The notes beneath the pieces were generated by a model. The model saw only the letters and a list, made by a program, of their open reading frames with translations, searched no databases and had not been told where the DNA came from. DNA of 64,000 bases, from the NCBI GenBank assembly GCA_002633005.1, contig NMRA01000049.1:1-64000 (forward strand), in the 5' to 3' direction. This DNA is from Phoronis australis (lineage: Eukaryota; Animalia; Phoronida). Position 1 is the stretch's first letter. Each line of letters opens with the position of its first letter. The position numbers were made by a program, and so were the translations under genes. Positions 50,467-62,150 of this stretch are shown piece after piece.

Positions 50467-51344
50467 ATAGATTATTACATGGCGAAGTCGTTATCCCCCG
50501 TTATCCAGAGCCCGAGTGGATTTTGGAGAATTATCGCCCGACGGGCGTTACCCCCGAGGGTGATAATTCTCCAAAATCCACGAGGGCTCTAGATAAGGGG
50601 GATAACGGCTGAGAACATGTAATAATCTATTTATACCACATACTAAACGAGAAACATTGCTATGAATCGATTTACCTTTTCTGACTCTCCACGGCTTTGT
50701 AACTACTTTCTATGTCAGAGGCCCGGGGTCGGAGGTCGTGACCTTTTAAGAAAAGCCGAGCTATTTTTGTCAAATAATGCTTTTACTCAAAACCAATTAA
50801 AAACTTAAATATAATAGAAATGCATTGAATATATAAATTAAGGTTTACCAACTACTATAGCTTAAAACACGTTTTTTTCACGCTAAGCTTCGACCGGGAA
50901 ATTATCGTCTGCTAAAGTAGGTTACCACTGGTAACTGAATATAATTCTCAAGTCAAAGATCCTGACGACACGATACCCGCATTCAAACTGGAGATCGGTG
51001 ATTTACAAGTACATGTAAGAGGACATCTGAGAAAAATTTCACTGAATTAAGATATCATTTTTATGGAAATTATGTGTCTTATTTTTCGTAGCGTATAAGT
51101 ACAGTACAATGCGGATTGTTGAACGTGCGATTATTGCGCGTGCTCATTTAAGCATTCTATTTTGACTCTTGATGACGTCAGTCGCTGCATGGTGTAGTGG
51201 TAAAGTCGGCGACCAGCAATTCTAAGGTCCCGGGTTCGACTCCGTACTCGGTTTCCCGGCAAATCGTTATCTCACTAGTGAGATAACTTTATCGGTTATT
51301 ACACGGTTGTATCTGCCATTCGAGGCTAATATTGTGGTATAAAT
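50467..51344. mobile_element. Non-autonomous element with a 164-bp terminal hairpin, internal inverted repeat and tRNA-like segment
   Basis: Near-perfect hairpin at 50467-50630. atttataccaca (50629-50640) is inverted as tgtggtataaat (51333-51344). Perfect 22-bp palindrome gttatctcactagtgagataac at 51266-51287. Pol III A and B boxes at 51190-51243. Confidence 0.7.
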
Positions 51345-54300
51345 GTACGTACATACATGTATATGTCAGATTAAGGCCAGGGAGGGAAAGGAACGGTTTC
51401 AAATAATGTGTAGGAGAGGGGCTTATCTCTATGCGAGAAAATACATGTTCATGGTCTGGGGATACTTCAACACGCCGAAAAGTGTCTGGTGATTGATCTG
51501 GTTGACTTTAGATTTGTGAGAGAGGAATGGATAGGTTGCGTGAGTGAAGAATATTTGTGCGCTGGAAATCCAGAGCGATACACAGGAAAGAGGGTGTGTG
51601 CTCTTTCCTTGTTAACCTTAAAATCCTGTCATTTATTTATACACCTATGACCCCCATGAGGTCATTTATTCACATTTGTTCACATTAAATTAAGACACCA
51701 AGAAAAGCGTCATGGGATATTTGTTACGCGGCGAGTAATCGTGTCACGTGACTAGAAACAGTTTCCCGTAGGCCTATGGGGTCCAGTTGTCATTGAGATG
51801 CAGTAGCGCATGCGCCCGTTCTATAGTATTAAGCTCGCTGGTTCTCGGTACTCTGCGTGTCCGCTGGGTGGAAGAGGACACGCAGGTATCATTCAGCAGC
51901 ACACGTGTTATCAACGGTTGATGTAACTGGGCAGTCATTGTTTTAGAACAAAGAAAGAAAACGACAGACTGTGAACATCTTTGCAAACAAAGTTCTCTCT
52001 ACTGCAAATATTTTGTAAGTGCAGTAATGTTTAACAGCCACGAAGCCTATTTAACTGTTGTGTTTTTCATACTTTGTGAATACGGGGCAGCAACGTAAGC
52101 ACAAGTCAGAGACAGCAGAAAAATGCACACCGAAAAGTCACTACCACATCTTTCTTATATACATTCATTGAACATATATCCCAACTAACTAAAGACCGAT
52201 ATGTCTGTACAGCAGACCACAAGCTATATCCACATTTACACTTTCTCCATCAATCATGGCACTTTGTTTACGTATAGCGCTACCCGTTGACAATTCGACC
52301 AGCCAATCAGAACATTGGTGTTGAAAAATTCCCGTGGAAAATTAAATTATACCCGCGTGCCCTCTACCCCTTGTCGGACACGTTAGGAACCAGCAATTAG
52401 TGTTAAGATGTCTATGGTCAGGACTCATCTTTCTTCAGTGTCACATAGGGGAGTTAAAATGGTTCACGATCTCTCTTCCTTTAGCCAGCGCCACGTCATC
52501 CCAGCCGCGAGACGAAGGCTCCAAAAGACGTTGGGCACAGACCAGAAGCATGACCTAACTGCGCATTCATCTATTGATTTATTGTAATAAACGCATGCCT
52601 GCCTTACGTGTCCTGAGGCAAGTTCCTTGTGTGGTAAACGGGATCACGCAAACCTTCGCGAATTATCATCATGCGTTACACGAGCAGCTCATGATCTCAC
52701 TAGTTTTGCTATTTTTTGCGCAACGGAACAGGTCCATATATTCGGTGATAAAAAACTCGGCAATGTCCATTAACGAAGTAAAGTAATTTGTTCAACGAAT
52801 TGATAAAGGAAAGGAGGTGAATACATGTTCATAACATTTTTATAGTTAAGACTCCTTGGAGAGCACACAACAGCGTTTTAGTAGTTGTGGTAAATATTTT
52901 ATATAAAACTTTTCTAAATTAGATAGTAAATTGTGCATTTTTCTAAATTGATGTAACTCACTCATATTTCTCATCGTTCGCGTATCTGGGTCGACTGGGG
53001 ATCACCAAGCATGATTTATCACGCAAAACACGAAATGAAAATTGCTTCGACATGCGCGCATTAAAACACACTCATGCAGCAACTTCTTGGAAACTTCACA
53101 CGCTTTACTCCCTGTCTTCAGTTGATACTTTGCTCCTGTCGTTCTCAGGGTGCCATGTAACCCCATTTGTGTCTGTGAATGTATCAAATTTAATTTTCGT
53201 TAATGTTGCATTGATGCAATGCTCCAAAATAAAATGAAATTATGTTGTATAGTAAATATTACCGTTTCTAATAGTTTTTTTTTTCTATAAGCGTTTTGCA
53301 TTAAGGCTACATCCGGTGTCGACATTCTTGAAAGATCGTGTGGTAGTTTAATTGAGCAAAACATCCTTGTAAACTCGATCTACGTATCGCAGACACTCGT
53401 CCATCGATTTTTGAAGAAATGCGCCTTGTTGCTACAGTAGTCTCAAGGTCTCAAATTTCGGTTGTCCAATCTTTACATCACGCAAATTCACTTTTCGCCT
53501 ATAAACTGCAATCGAGAAGGAAATCTCAATTAACTTTATTATCAGATCAGAATTAACGTCAAGGAGTCACCTCCAACTGAAAAGGAAGCCGTCGTTCCTG
53601 ATAAGCCAATCATGTGGCTTTGGTTTATAAATGGAACATAACGGGTTTACTGATCTCGGTCTGAGCAAAACACGGCCATAGAGTCCACAATTACGTGTAA
53701 CACTTTTTTGTCAGAACCGCCTTGACAATCGAGCACTGGAAATGTCAGCCGTAGCCTTCATATAATGCTAAACTCAAAATTCTAAACAGACCTAGTATTC
53801 GCCATATCTGTGAAACTTTGGCTGGGGATTCAACTGCGGCTATAAAATCTGTTAAGTTTCACCCTAGTTGACGACATGGTTGCGTTTTGTATAGCAAAGC
53901 CCTTGCAATAAGTTTGCTTGATGCAAAATTTGACCAGGTGACTGCGAATGTTTCGTGAGTACATGTACGAAGCTCGGAACCTTATTAGGTTTTCTTGCAA
54001 AATGACGACAACTAAATTGGTCGAAGCCCAAGGAATGATGATACATGAGAAAAAGCTGTTTCCTATCCACAAATCAAAATGCGTTGTGTATGTACGGATT
54101 GCGCCCCAGATTTATTAAAATGTTAACGAGGTTTATTAGGCTCTGAAAACATGAGAAGTCCTAATTATTTATTGATTTTGTATGATTTATTTATTTAACG
54201 TGATATGGATTCCAAGAATAAAATGAGAAAGCCGGACAAAATGAAATACGTGTATTCTGGGTGTACAAAGTAACAAGAAAATCAGTTAATTACCTTGGCA

Positions 54301-54849
54301 TTTGACTTTTTTCCAGCTTGGGTTCGCATTTGGAGTTTTGTACTGCGTGTGAAGTTACGAACAGCATTTTCAGTCCTTGGTTTGTTTAATTTATTTTGAT
54401 TGAAATAATTTTCTTCGCGAAATGAATTCTTTCAGTTTAGCAACTTTTTTGTTTTAAAAAAAATAGACTTCATTCCGTCACATTACACCCATTTCTGACA
54501 AATGTAGAGCTCCGTCAATTAAACTGGACCGATTTTCATTACCATGGATACATGCATAGGAAGTTCCTTTGCCTTCAATAGGACACTGCAGTAAAAATAA
54601 GGCAGCCGTTAAACGGTTCTAACATACAAATTAATCTCACCTTTGGACGAGTCGCGTGCTAAACAAAAGCTCATTTATAGTTATTGTCAATTCTTCATTT
54701 TCAATAGACTGAAATCCAGACCGCTATAACTGATTGGCTGATATGTCAGTGACGTGTTGGTGGTTTCTCGACTGCTTATCACATAATGCTGTGCCATATT
54801 GGGACGAGTTTATATCATATTTTATCATTGTTTCAGCCGATCTTATTTT

Positions 54850-56559
54850 TTAAAGGAGAATGCCACCCAAAAAACAACCTATTTTGTATCAATTTAGATC
54901 GAGTAGTTCTACTCGGTAACGGCAGGTTTGGTTGCGTTACCTAACAGCTGACGGCAGACGGAGGTGTTGAAATTATCCAATGACGTAATTGGTTTCACAC
55001 GCAGTCTGTTCTGCAGTTCACAACACGGGTTAGTGGTGTCAGCTTATCGCTTGAATTCTTCGTTTAACACCAATAAATCATCAAACTTCAATGTAAAACC
55101 ATTAAAAATACACCGAGTTCTTATAAAAACGTGTTGTTTTACTTCGAGGTTACGGATTTACTGGTACTTGGACACACAGTAGCCTACAAGTCGGCATGCC
55201 AATTTACCAATTTCCGTAGCAGAAGTTTGGGGTCGAAGTATTCTCCCGTGAAATACAGACAGGAGAGCCTAGGTCTGTGTTGTTTATACTTGTGATTTTT
55301 TTGAGTTAAATCAAACAAAACGCTTGTTATCCCGGCCAGTGGCTCTGAACCTAATCAGGCCCGTCGCGGCCGGACTTCGCTATTCCGTCCAGTGGCTCGG
55401 AACTCAAGCAGGCCCGTCGCGACCGCCTGGACTGGCACGAACATAAACCAGCTTCAGTTGGAAACTAAACCTTCAGTCACGAAAGACTATAATATTGAGC
55501 CAAAGAAAGAATGTGCACTTAATTATTTATGTGAATCAGCCGCGAAACTGAAAATCTCACGGTGGCCGCGAAGCGGGGTTCCCCTTCCACAGACCGTCAG
55601 GGCAAAGGTTTTACAGTAACAATGATTTGTCACAATATACAGTATTTGTATTTCTAAATAAAGATTCCCCTAACATGTAACCATAGCATATAAAATCGAG
55701 TAATTCTTTCACAACAGCTTTCTGTCAGCAAACACTGAATTAGCATGCGCTCACACGGCCTCGGTCCCCGGTCTACCTTTGTTGCCTGCATCAAAACCGG
55801 TAACGCGGTCTTTATTCAATTGCTGGCTTCTCAAAACACTTGCTCTAACGAGCACTCCAAGGCATTACAGATTGTATCTAATGAGACAGTCTTTGTTTCA
55901 TTTTCAAATAAGCATTGTTTAGGATCATTTTAGGATGAGAATAATTCATTCTGAAACAGAACGCAGAATAATAAACGTCTACATGGCAACTCGCCCGGCG
56001 TCAATTCCGACTTAGTCAAGACCTCATCCGACGAAGACTTCACGGGTCGGATCGTTAGGTTTCACAGGCTATCAGTTCGAACCTGAATATACTGATCAAG
56101 AAATACTAGAGAGGCGCCGTGAACGTGCATAGACAACGGAACGTATCGATAGTTCTTTGGTAAGCCGGAATTCGTCAGAGTCATCACTGTGGACGAAATG
56201 CCGGCTACAGACACGGCGATGTTTCACGGCCTCATACTTGCTACACAACAGCATACCTTTCATTTTTCACTAATGCGAGCTACTTCCTAAGCATTTGGGG
56301 CTCTCGAGGAAGTGGAAAAACAATATACCCGCTTTCTTCGAAGCTTCATAGTTCGGACATGCGGGAACGATGCATCGCAATATAGCAGCATTCACTCTGG
56401 AGACGAACCACTGACGTCACTGAGTCGCTTCTCACCTTCCTCACAGGTAAACGCGTTACCTCTCGGCAAGGTGAGGTCGATCGTATAAGAGGCTATGTGG
56501 ATACAGACTGATTAAGACGGTAAAAAAGACTAATTAAATCAGGTGGCATTCTCTTTTAA
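54850..56559 (-). mobile_element. Kolobok-type non-autonomous DNA transposon, copy 2 (complete ends)
   Basis: TTAA|AGGAGAATGCCACC ... GGTGGCATTCTCTT|TTAA gives a 13/14 TIR match and a TTAA TSD. Minus-strand THAP relic ILRCIVPACPNYEASKKAGILFFHF / PREPQMLRK*L / KHRRVCSRHF. Plus-strand KolX-like start GYQFEPEYTDQEILERRRER. Confidence 0.85.
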
Positions 56560-59363
56560 TGTTTGCAAAAGCGGTGTAAAAGTTTACCATTTCTTTTTGC
56601 ATGGTGTCTTCTAAGGGGGTGGTCATTGCTTACCATCGGTTGCCCTAGTGTTGGCCTAAAGTTGTATACCGGTTTGTGGCGATGTGGATAGAATCGGACA
56701 AAATATCTGACGCAAAATTAGTGTCATAAAACTCCTTTCTTTTCCTTGAATAAACTAACTTGTATTTAGGCCCACCGGCTATGGACAACTTAACGCTTTG
56801 TCGATAATTGGCAGCTGCTAAAATTGTAATGCGTTCTCTAGAGTCGGCTTTTGGCGATTACGTCAGCTGAATGCTTCGCTGCCGGCACTACGTGGAGTAC
56901 ATGTCACAACAAATTATAGGAACTTGTTTCATTTCGTAACAAGTTCTTATTATTTTAATATCGGCAAAACATAAAAGTGTATATCATATTAAATAATATG
57001 AAACATGTAATAAATGTCATATCCTTTCTGTTATCAAACTGAAAGCCTTTTTAAGCACAATTTTATACCTCGTCTGAGATCAGAAAATCATCGACTATTC
57101 CCACCTATTACTGTAATCTGAGTTCCTGTGCATCAGTTCAGGGCGATTCCTGAATGACGGCCATGTTTACCTTGAAACGTTTTGACATCACCCGTGAGCG
57201 TAACTGATTTGTTACTTTGTTTCTTTGGTTTTCATTCTTATGTTGGTTCTTTTTACAAAAAAATGATTGTTTATGGTCCAAATTTTACTTGTTCGTTGCA
57301 TATGACAAAAATACATAAGTATGTGAAGAACGACGCATCTCCTGCAGCCAAAACTCGGCTACTGAGGTCAGCACCTACATGTACCCATCGCGATAGTAAG
57401 TAAAATTTCAGCAACAGCACCCGCTTAGATAATAAATTAGAGCAAAAAACTTTATAGATCAGCAGATGTTTTATCTTTGTCGCCAGATCGTGAAACTGAT
57501 GCAAAGTACCAGCTTAGAGTGTGACTACCCGGACATGTGAGGGCGGTGTGGCAGCAAATAATCACCAAGCAAATTGGCACCAACTTTACAGGCCATAAAA
57601 TACATATATGTAAAATAGAAAAAAATCTCACACGACGATCTTTCAAAACAGTCAGCTGCACACCTCAATTGCTATAACGCTAACCTGTGCTTGATTTTGC
57701 TGCCCGGACAGAGAAAACGGAGAAGTAATTTCCCTACAGTTGCCGTGACTCACGGCCAGAAAAATTAATCACTTGCCCAAATTGACTTTGATTTTAAGTT
57801 ATTAGGGAAAATATGTTTAAAAACCCAACAAAAACTGAAAAGATATACCCCTGTTGTAGAAATATGTAAATTCCTTGACGCAAAAGGGGAGAGTGTACAT
57901 GTACATGTAGTGAATTGCCAGACTGAGGTAAACAAATTTTTGCAGCAGATGAAAGCGAGTGTCGAATCTCCTTCCATAATTGTGACAGCAAAAATGGAAA
58001 ATAATAAATAGCCAGTGAAGTAAAAAAATGACGATGAGCTTACCCATGGGGAGAGAGAGAGGAGTGCGGCAATATCATTCACGAGATGATTCAAAAATTT
58101 CCACTCATGAGCATCTGGGATTTATAAATTGGCCAGAAGTTGTGTAAACTAATGTGCTGATAAAATGGGTGGGATTCTACTTGACGTTTTACTGTTAACA
58201 TCGATGCAGAGATGAACAGATTGACTTGTGTGGCACCCGTGTGGCTTGAATATGCTTCTGTTTTGTAGTCTTGGTCGTAAGTTCACCGTGCACCTTTAGT
58301 TCATGATCTCCAGTTTAACGTGATATTGAAAAAGATTGAGACAGTTATAATACACGTACTATATTTTGATTTTCACAAAACGTAGTCATTACGTTGTCGT
58401 TAACGTCACTTCAGTTACAACTGTAGTGATTTACACCGGAAACCAACAGCAATGTCATAGCATTTATGTTATAATATTAATCTTGTATCACACATACCTC
58501 AACATTGGTCATACAAAATATGTGAAATATGGCTTTAGGGAAATCAACATTACAAATCCATTAAACACTTCCTACGTGCAATATTAGTCTAAATCATCAC
58601 TGAATCATAGACAATATATTTCGGAATGATTGATAGTATAATAGTCTCTCACAGGAAATCAACAGCAATATGAAATGAATTTCTACAATAATCATACTGG
58701 CATATATTTTCTTTTAAAATATTGTTCAGAACAATTGTATGTTAATCTTATGACACTTGGTATTGCCATTTAAATCTACCTAAGCACCAAGCACTTCAAA
58801 AATGCACTGGTTCTCTCAAGGCGTCTTGTCTAAGTAACACAAATTATAGAACAAAATAAAAAGTCTCAAAACAAAACGTGAAAATGCTATCACATCAGAC
58901 AACTACCAACCATAAACTATGTAAATCTGAATGAACTATAGTGACTTAACAACCTTCACCGCGGGACATTAAAATGATTTCATCCATGACGTTTCTGCTT
59001 CTTGTGCCTGTAAAAGGAAGCATGCTATTTGCTCCGCCAGGTAGGAGCTTAAACGAATGCTTCTGGTGTCCTTTTTACCTTAAACTCATTAATTATACCA
59101 TTTGGCATCAATGCATTAAGTGTTCTTTCTAAAGTTATTTCGCCAACAATTGGCATCGTTCATTGTTCGCCGTCAGCCGCACGGTCGTAAAGAAAGTCGC
59201 GGGACACTACTAGACCGGGATCCCAGAGCTATTTTGGGCATGAAAAGGTAACCAATTTTCTTTGCTGCCACAGTGCTCTATGGGTATCCTGATGCTTGGA
59301 AATGGCCGTCTGGCAGGTTCGCTTTGGTGGGTGTGGTCAGGGGAGCCAAGAGAATGACACTCA

Positions 59364-60010
59364 AAAATTGAGCTAGATCAACTTTTCTGGTAACCACTTC
59401 AAACTGCCTTGGATACCTACTACGTAATCTACTGTATCAAAATTGGCCACTGCCAGACAATTTCAGTGGTGGGGACTACCCGCCAGACGAACATATACAG
59501 GGTACAAAAATTGAGCTAGATCAATCCAAGAGGTAACTGCTTGAAACCAATGGCAAAATATTCACCGTAAGCCCAGGTATCACGAATGAACACTGCCAGA
59601 CAAATCTAGTGGTGGGTTACCCCCGCCAGACGCGCCCAAATACCAGAATTGAGCTAGATCAATCCATCAGGTAACCGTTTGAAACCAATTGCACGATGTT
59701 CAGCATCACTGAACATGGCACAAAAGTTACATGCCAGACAATTTCTGCGGTGGGGTGCCCTTGCCAGACGATTATCAAAAAGGGTTAAAATTGAGCTAGA
59801 TCAATCCAAGAGGTAACCGCACGAAACCAGTTGCAAAATATTTACCGTATCCCCAGGTATCACGAATAAGCGTTGCCAGACAAATCTAGTGGTGGGTTAG
59901 CCCCGCCAGACACGCAAAAATACCCGAGTTGAAGTAGATCAACCCACCAGGTAACCGTTTGATAACCAATTGCACGATGTTCAACATCACTGTTCATGGT
60001 GCAACAGCGA
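59364..60010 (+). repeat. Five ~140-bp tandem units with a 280-bp higher-order period (probable subterminal repeats of the downstream transposon)
   Basis: The ttgagctagatcaa-like anchor occurs at 59368, 59511, 59649, 59791 and 59929 (spacings 143, 138, 142, 138). Units 2 and 4 resemble each other, as do 3 and 5. Each full unit has two GCCAGAC motifs. Confidence 0.9.
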
Positions 60011-61434
60011 GATGGCAGGAGTAGAAACAAAACTCATTATAAGCCCATTCACGCTGAATAAACACCAAGTTGAGGTACCAAGCACTTTTTACATAAGAGA
60101 TTTTTGTCTATGTCAGGGCATGAAAAAACAGAAAAATCGCGCCTGATCGGTTGGAGCGACCTCACAAGTCAGGCTACGCAACAACAACGGAATACTCTAC
60201 ATGATATATTCTTATTCACAATTAAATCCGTCCCATTTTACCAGTCTAAACTACGTCCCCCTGTTTTCGGACGAATTTCACCCAAATCCACTTCTCATTT
60301 GATGTAACTCTTACAACAAGGAATAATCGAAATGGCGTCTTTTGCTCTCGTCATTTCCGTTGTACACGTGCTTAACCACGAGGAACTATTTGACATGGGC
60401 GTTGAAAGCTGAAAACAACGGAGGTTTCGGGAGATTCTTGACAATTATCGGTGAGTAGTTTTCCAGTATAATTGTTCATGAGTGTTGACTGCCAAGTAGT
60501 AGCGTGATTTCAAACAGGTGGATTACAGTTAAAAAGCACGTCGTCATAGGCCCCAGCCATTTTCTTGGTAAATCTACCTTCACATGTGTCCTGTGAAATG
60601 CACAGTGAAGATGAAAGGAATTGTTAATCAAAACGTGCGTTACTTAAGGGGGAAGCCATGCACGGTAAGCACGACCAATATGGCGCAGGTATGCCATCTT
60701 TTGTGACAAACGGTTGTTTCTCCTTCGAAAACTGTTGTTGACCCCCTCGCGACATTCTAGAGGTTCCGGCGTCGCTGTTATTTATTCAGATACGTGCGTA
60801 CGTACATTAGATTCAAATACATGACGAAATGTTTGGCACGACTTCGGTTTTTGCTTATGATACCTACTGAATGTCTGTAGCATACAGTAGCTAATGAAAA
60901 ATTTTCTGTTCATTGCCGGCATCCTGGTAATGGAATATTGGCCAGCAAATACAACCGAGGTCGGTGCGTAGTTGNATAGAAATCCGTCCCATTTTACCAG
61001 TCTAAAGTACGTCCCCCTGTTTTCGGACGAATTTTACCCAAATCCACATCTTATTTGATGTAACTCTAACAACGAGGAATAATCGAAATGGCGTCTTTTG
61101 CTTCCGTCTGCGTTATGTATGCGCACCGACTACCGTCATTTCCGTTGTACACGTGCTTAACCACGACGAGCTATTTTACATGGGCGTTAAAAGCTGAAAA
61201 CAATGGAGGTTTCGGGAGATTCTTGACAATTATCGGTGAGTAGTTTTCTAATATAATTGCCCATGAGTGTTGACTGCCAAGCAGTAGCGTGATTTCAAAC
61301 ACGTGAATTACAATTAGAAAGCCCGTCATAGACCCAAGCTATTTTTTCTTTGTAAATCGACCTTCACATGTGCCCTGTGACATGCAGTTTTTACTATTTA
61401 ATGAAAGCTCTGTTCATTTTGACCATCGTTTTGC

Positions 61435-62062
61435 TGGGTCCGTATCGATATTTTCCGGTTCCTGAGTTACCTCGACTCTATATTCCGCAACTGATATTTT
61501 CTCGGGCCTATGTTTTCTAGCGCCGATCCTCTCCCGACCCTATATTCTCCACCAAATCCTGTTTTTCCAGTCCAGATGTCGCTATGTCCCCTGCCCCCAT
61601 GTTACCTCGCACGAACCCATTTTATGTAAATCGGAAATCAATTCCTTGCGTTGATTACTTGATTTATAGATCTTGCGACTGAAAAGCGCTAGGATTCTAG
61701 CCAATCATAAACATTATCAAGATGTGATTTTATTTACAAACAAACTGGGTTGGTCTGTCGTTATCAATAAATTGCTTTACTTGCTTTTCTGTAAGCAAAT
61801 GCTCCCTTTAAACACAGAAATTGAATTAACGCACACCGATACGTGGGAACAAGACCGGGTAATATAGGACCAGGGTAACGTTGGGATGGGGTAACGTGGG
61901 GACGGGGGAACATTGGGCAGCGGAATATTGGTTGGGGAACAGAGGGACGGGGATCGTAGTGACANAGATCTTGCGACTGAAAAGCACTATGATTCTGGCC
62001 AATCATAAACATTATCAAGATGTGATTTTAGGATTGTAGTGACAGGGGAACAGTGGGCAGGC
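61435..62062. mobile_element. MITE-like insertion with opposed degenerate ~15-bp arrays (ctatgttcccc / ggggaacatag type)
   Basis: Pyrimidine-rich units at 61435-61610 and complementary purine-rich units at 61856-61964 and 62030-62062. Contains an N at 61965. Confidence 0.6.
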
Positions 62063-62150
62063 CATATTTCATTCTTTAGGGCAAAATGACACTGACATAT
62101 GTATAAAGAAAACAAAACAACTTAAACCAAATAAACGGTTTTCATTACAG

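Noticed and set aside
51181-51255. Functional tRNA gene
   Set aside because: A and B boxes are present but I could not form acceptor or anticodon stems. Treated as tRNA-derived sequence inside a repeat. The same applies to 28441-28530.
59364-60010. CRISPR-like array
   Set aside because: The inter-anchor segments are homologous to each other, units are about 140 bp, the context is eukaryotic and there are no cas genes.
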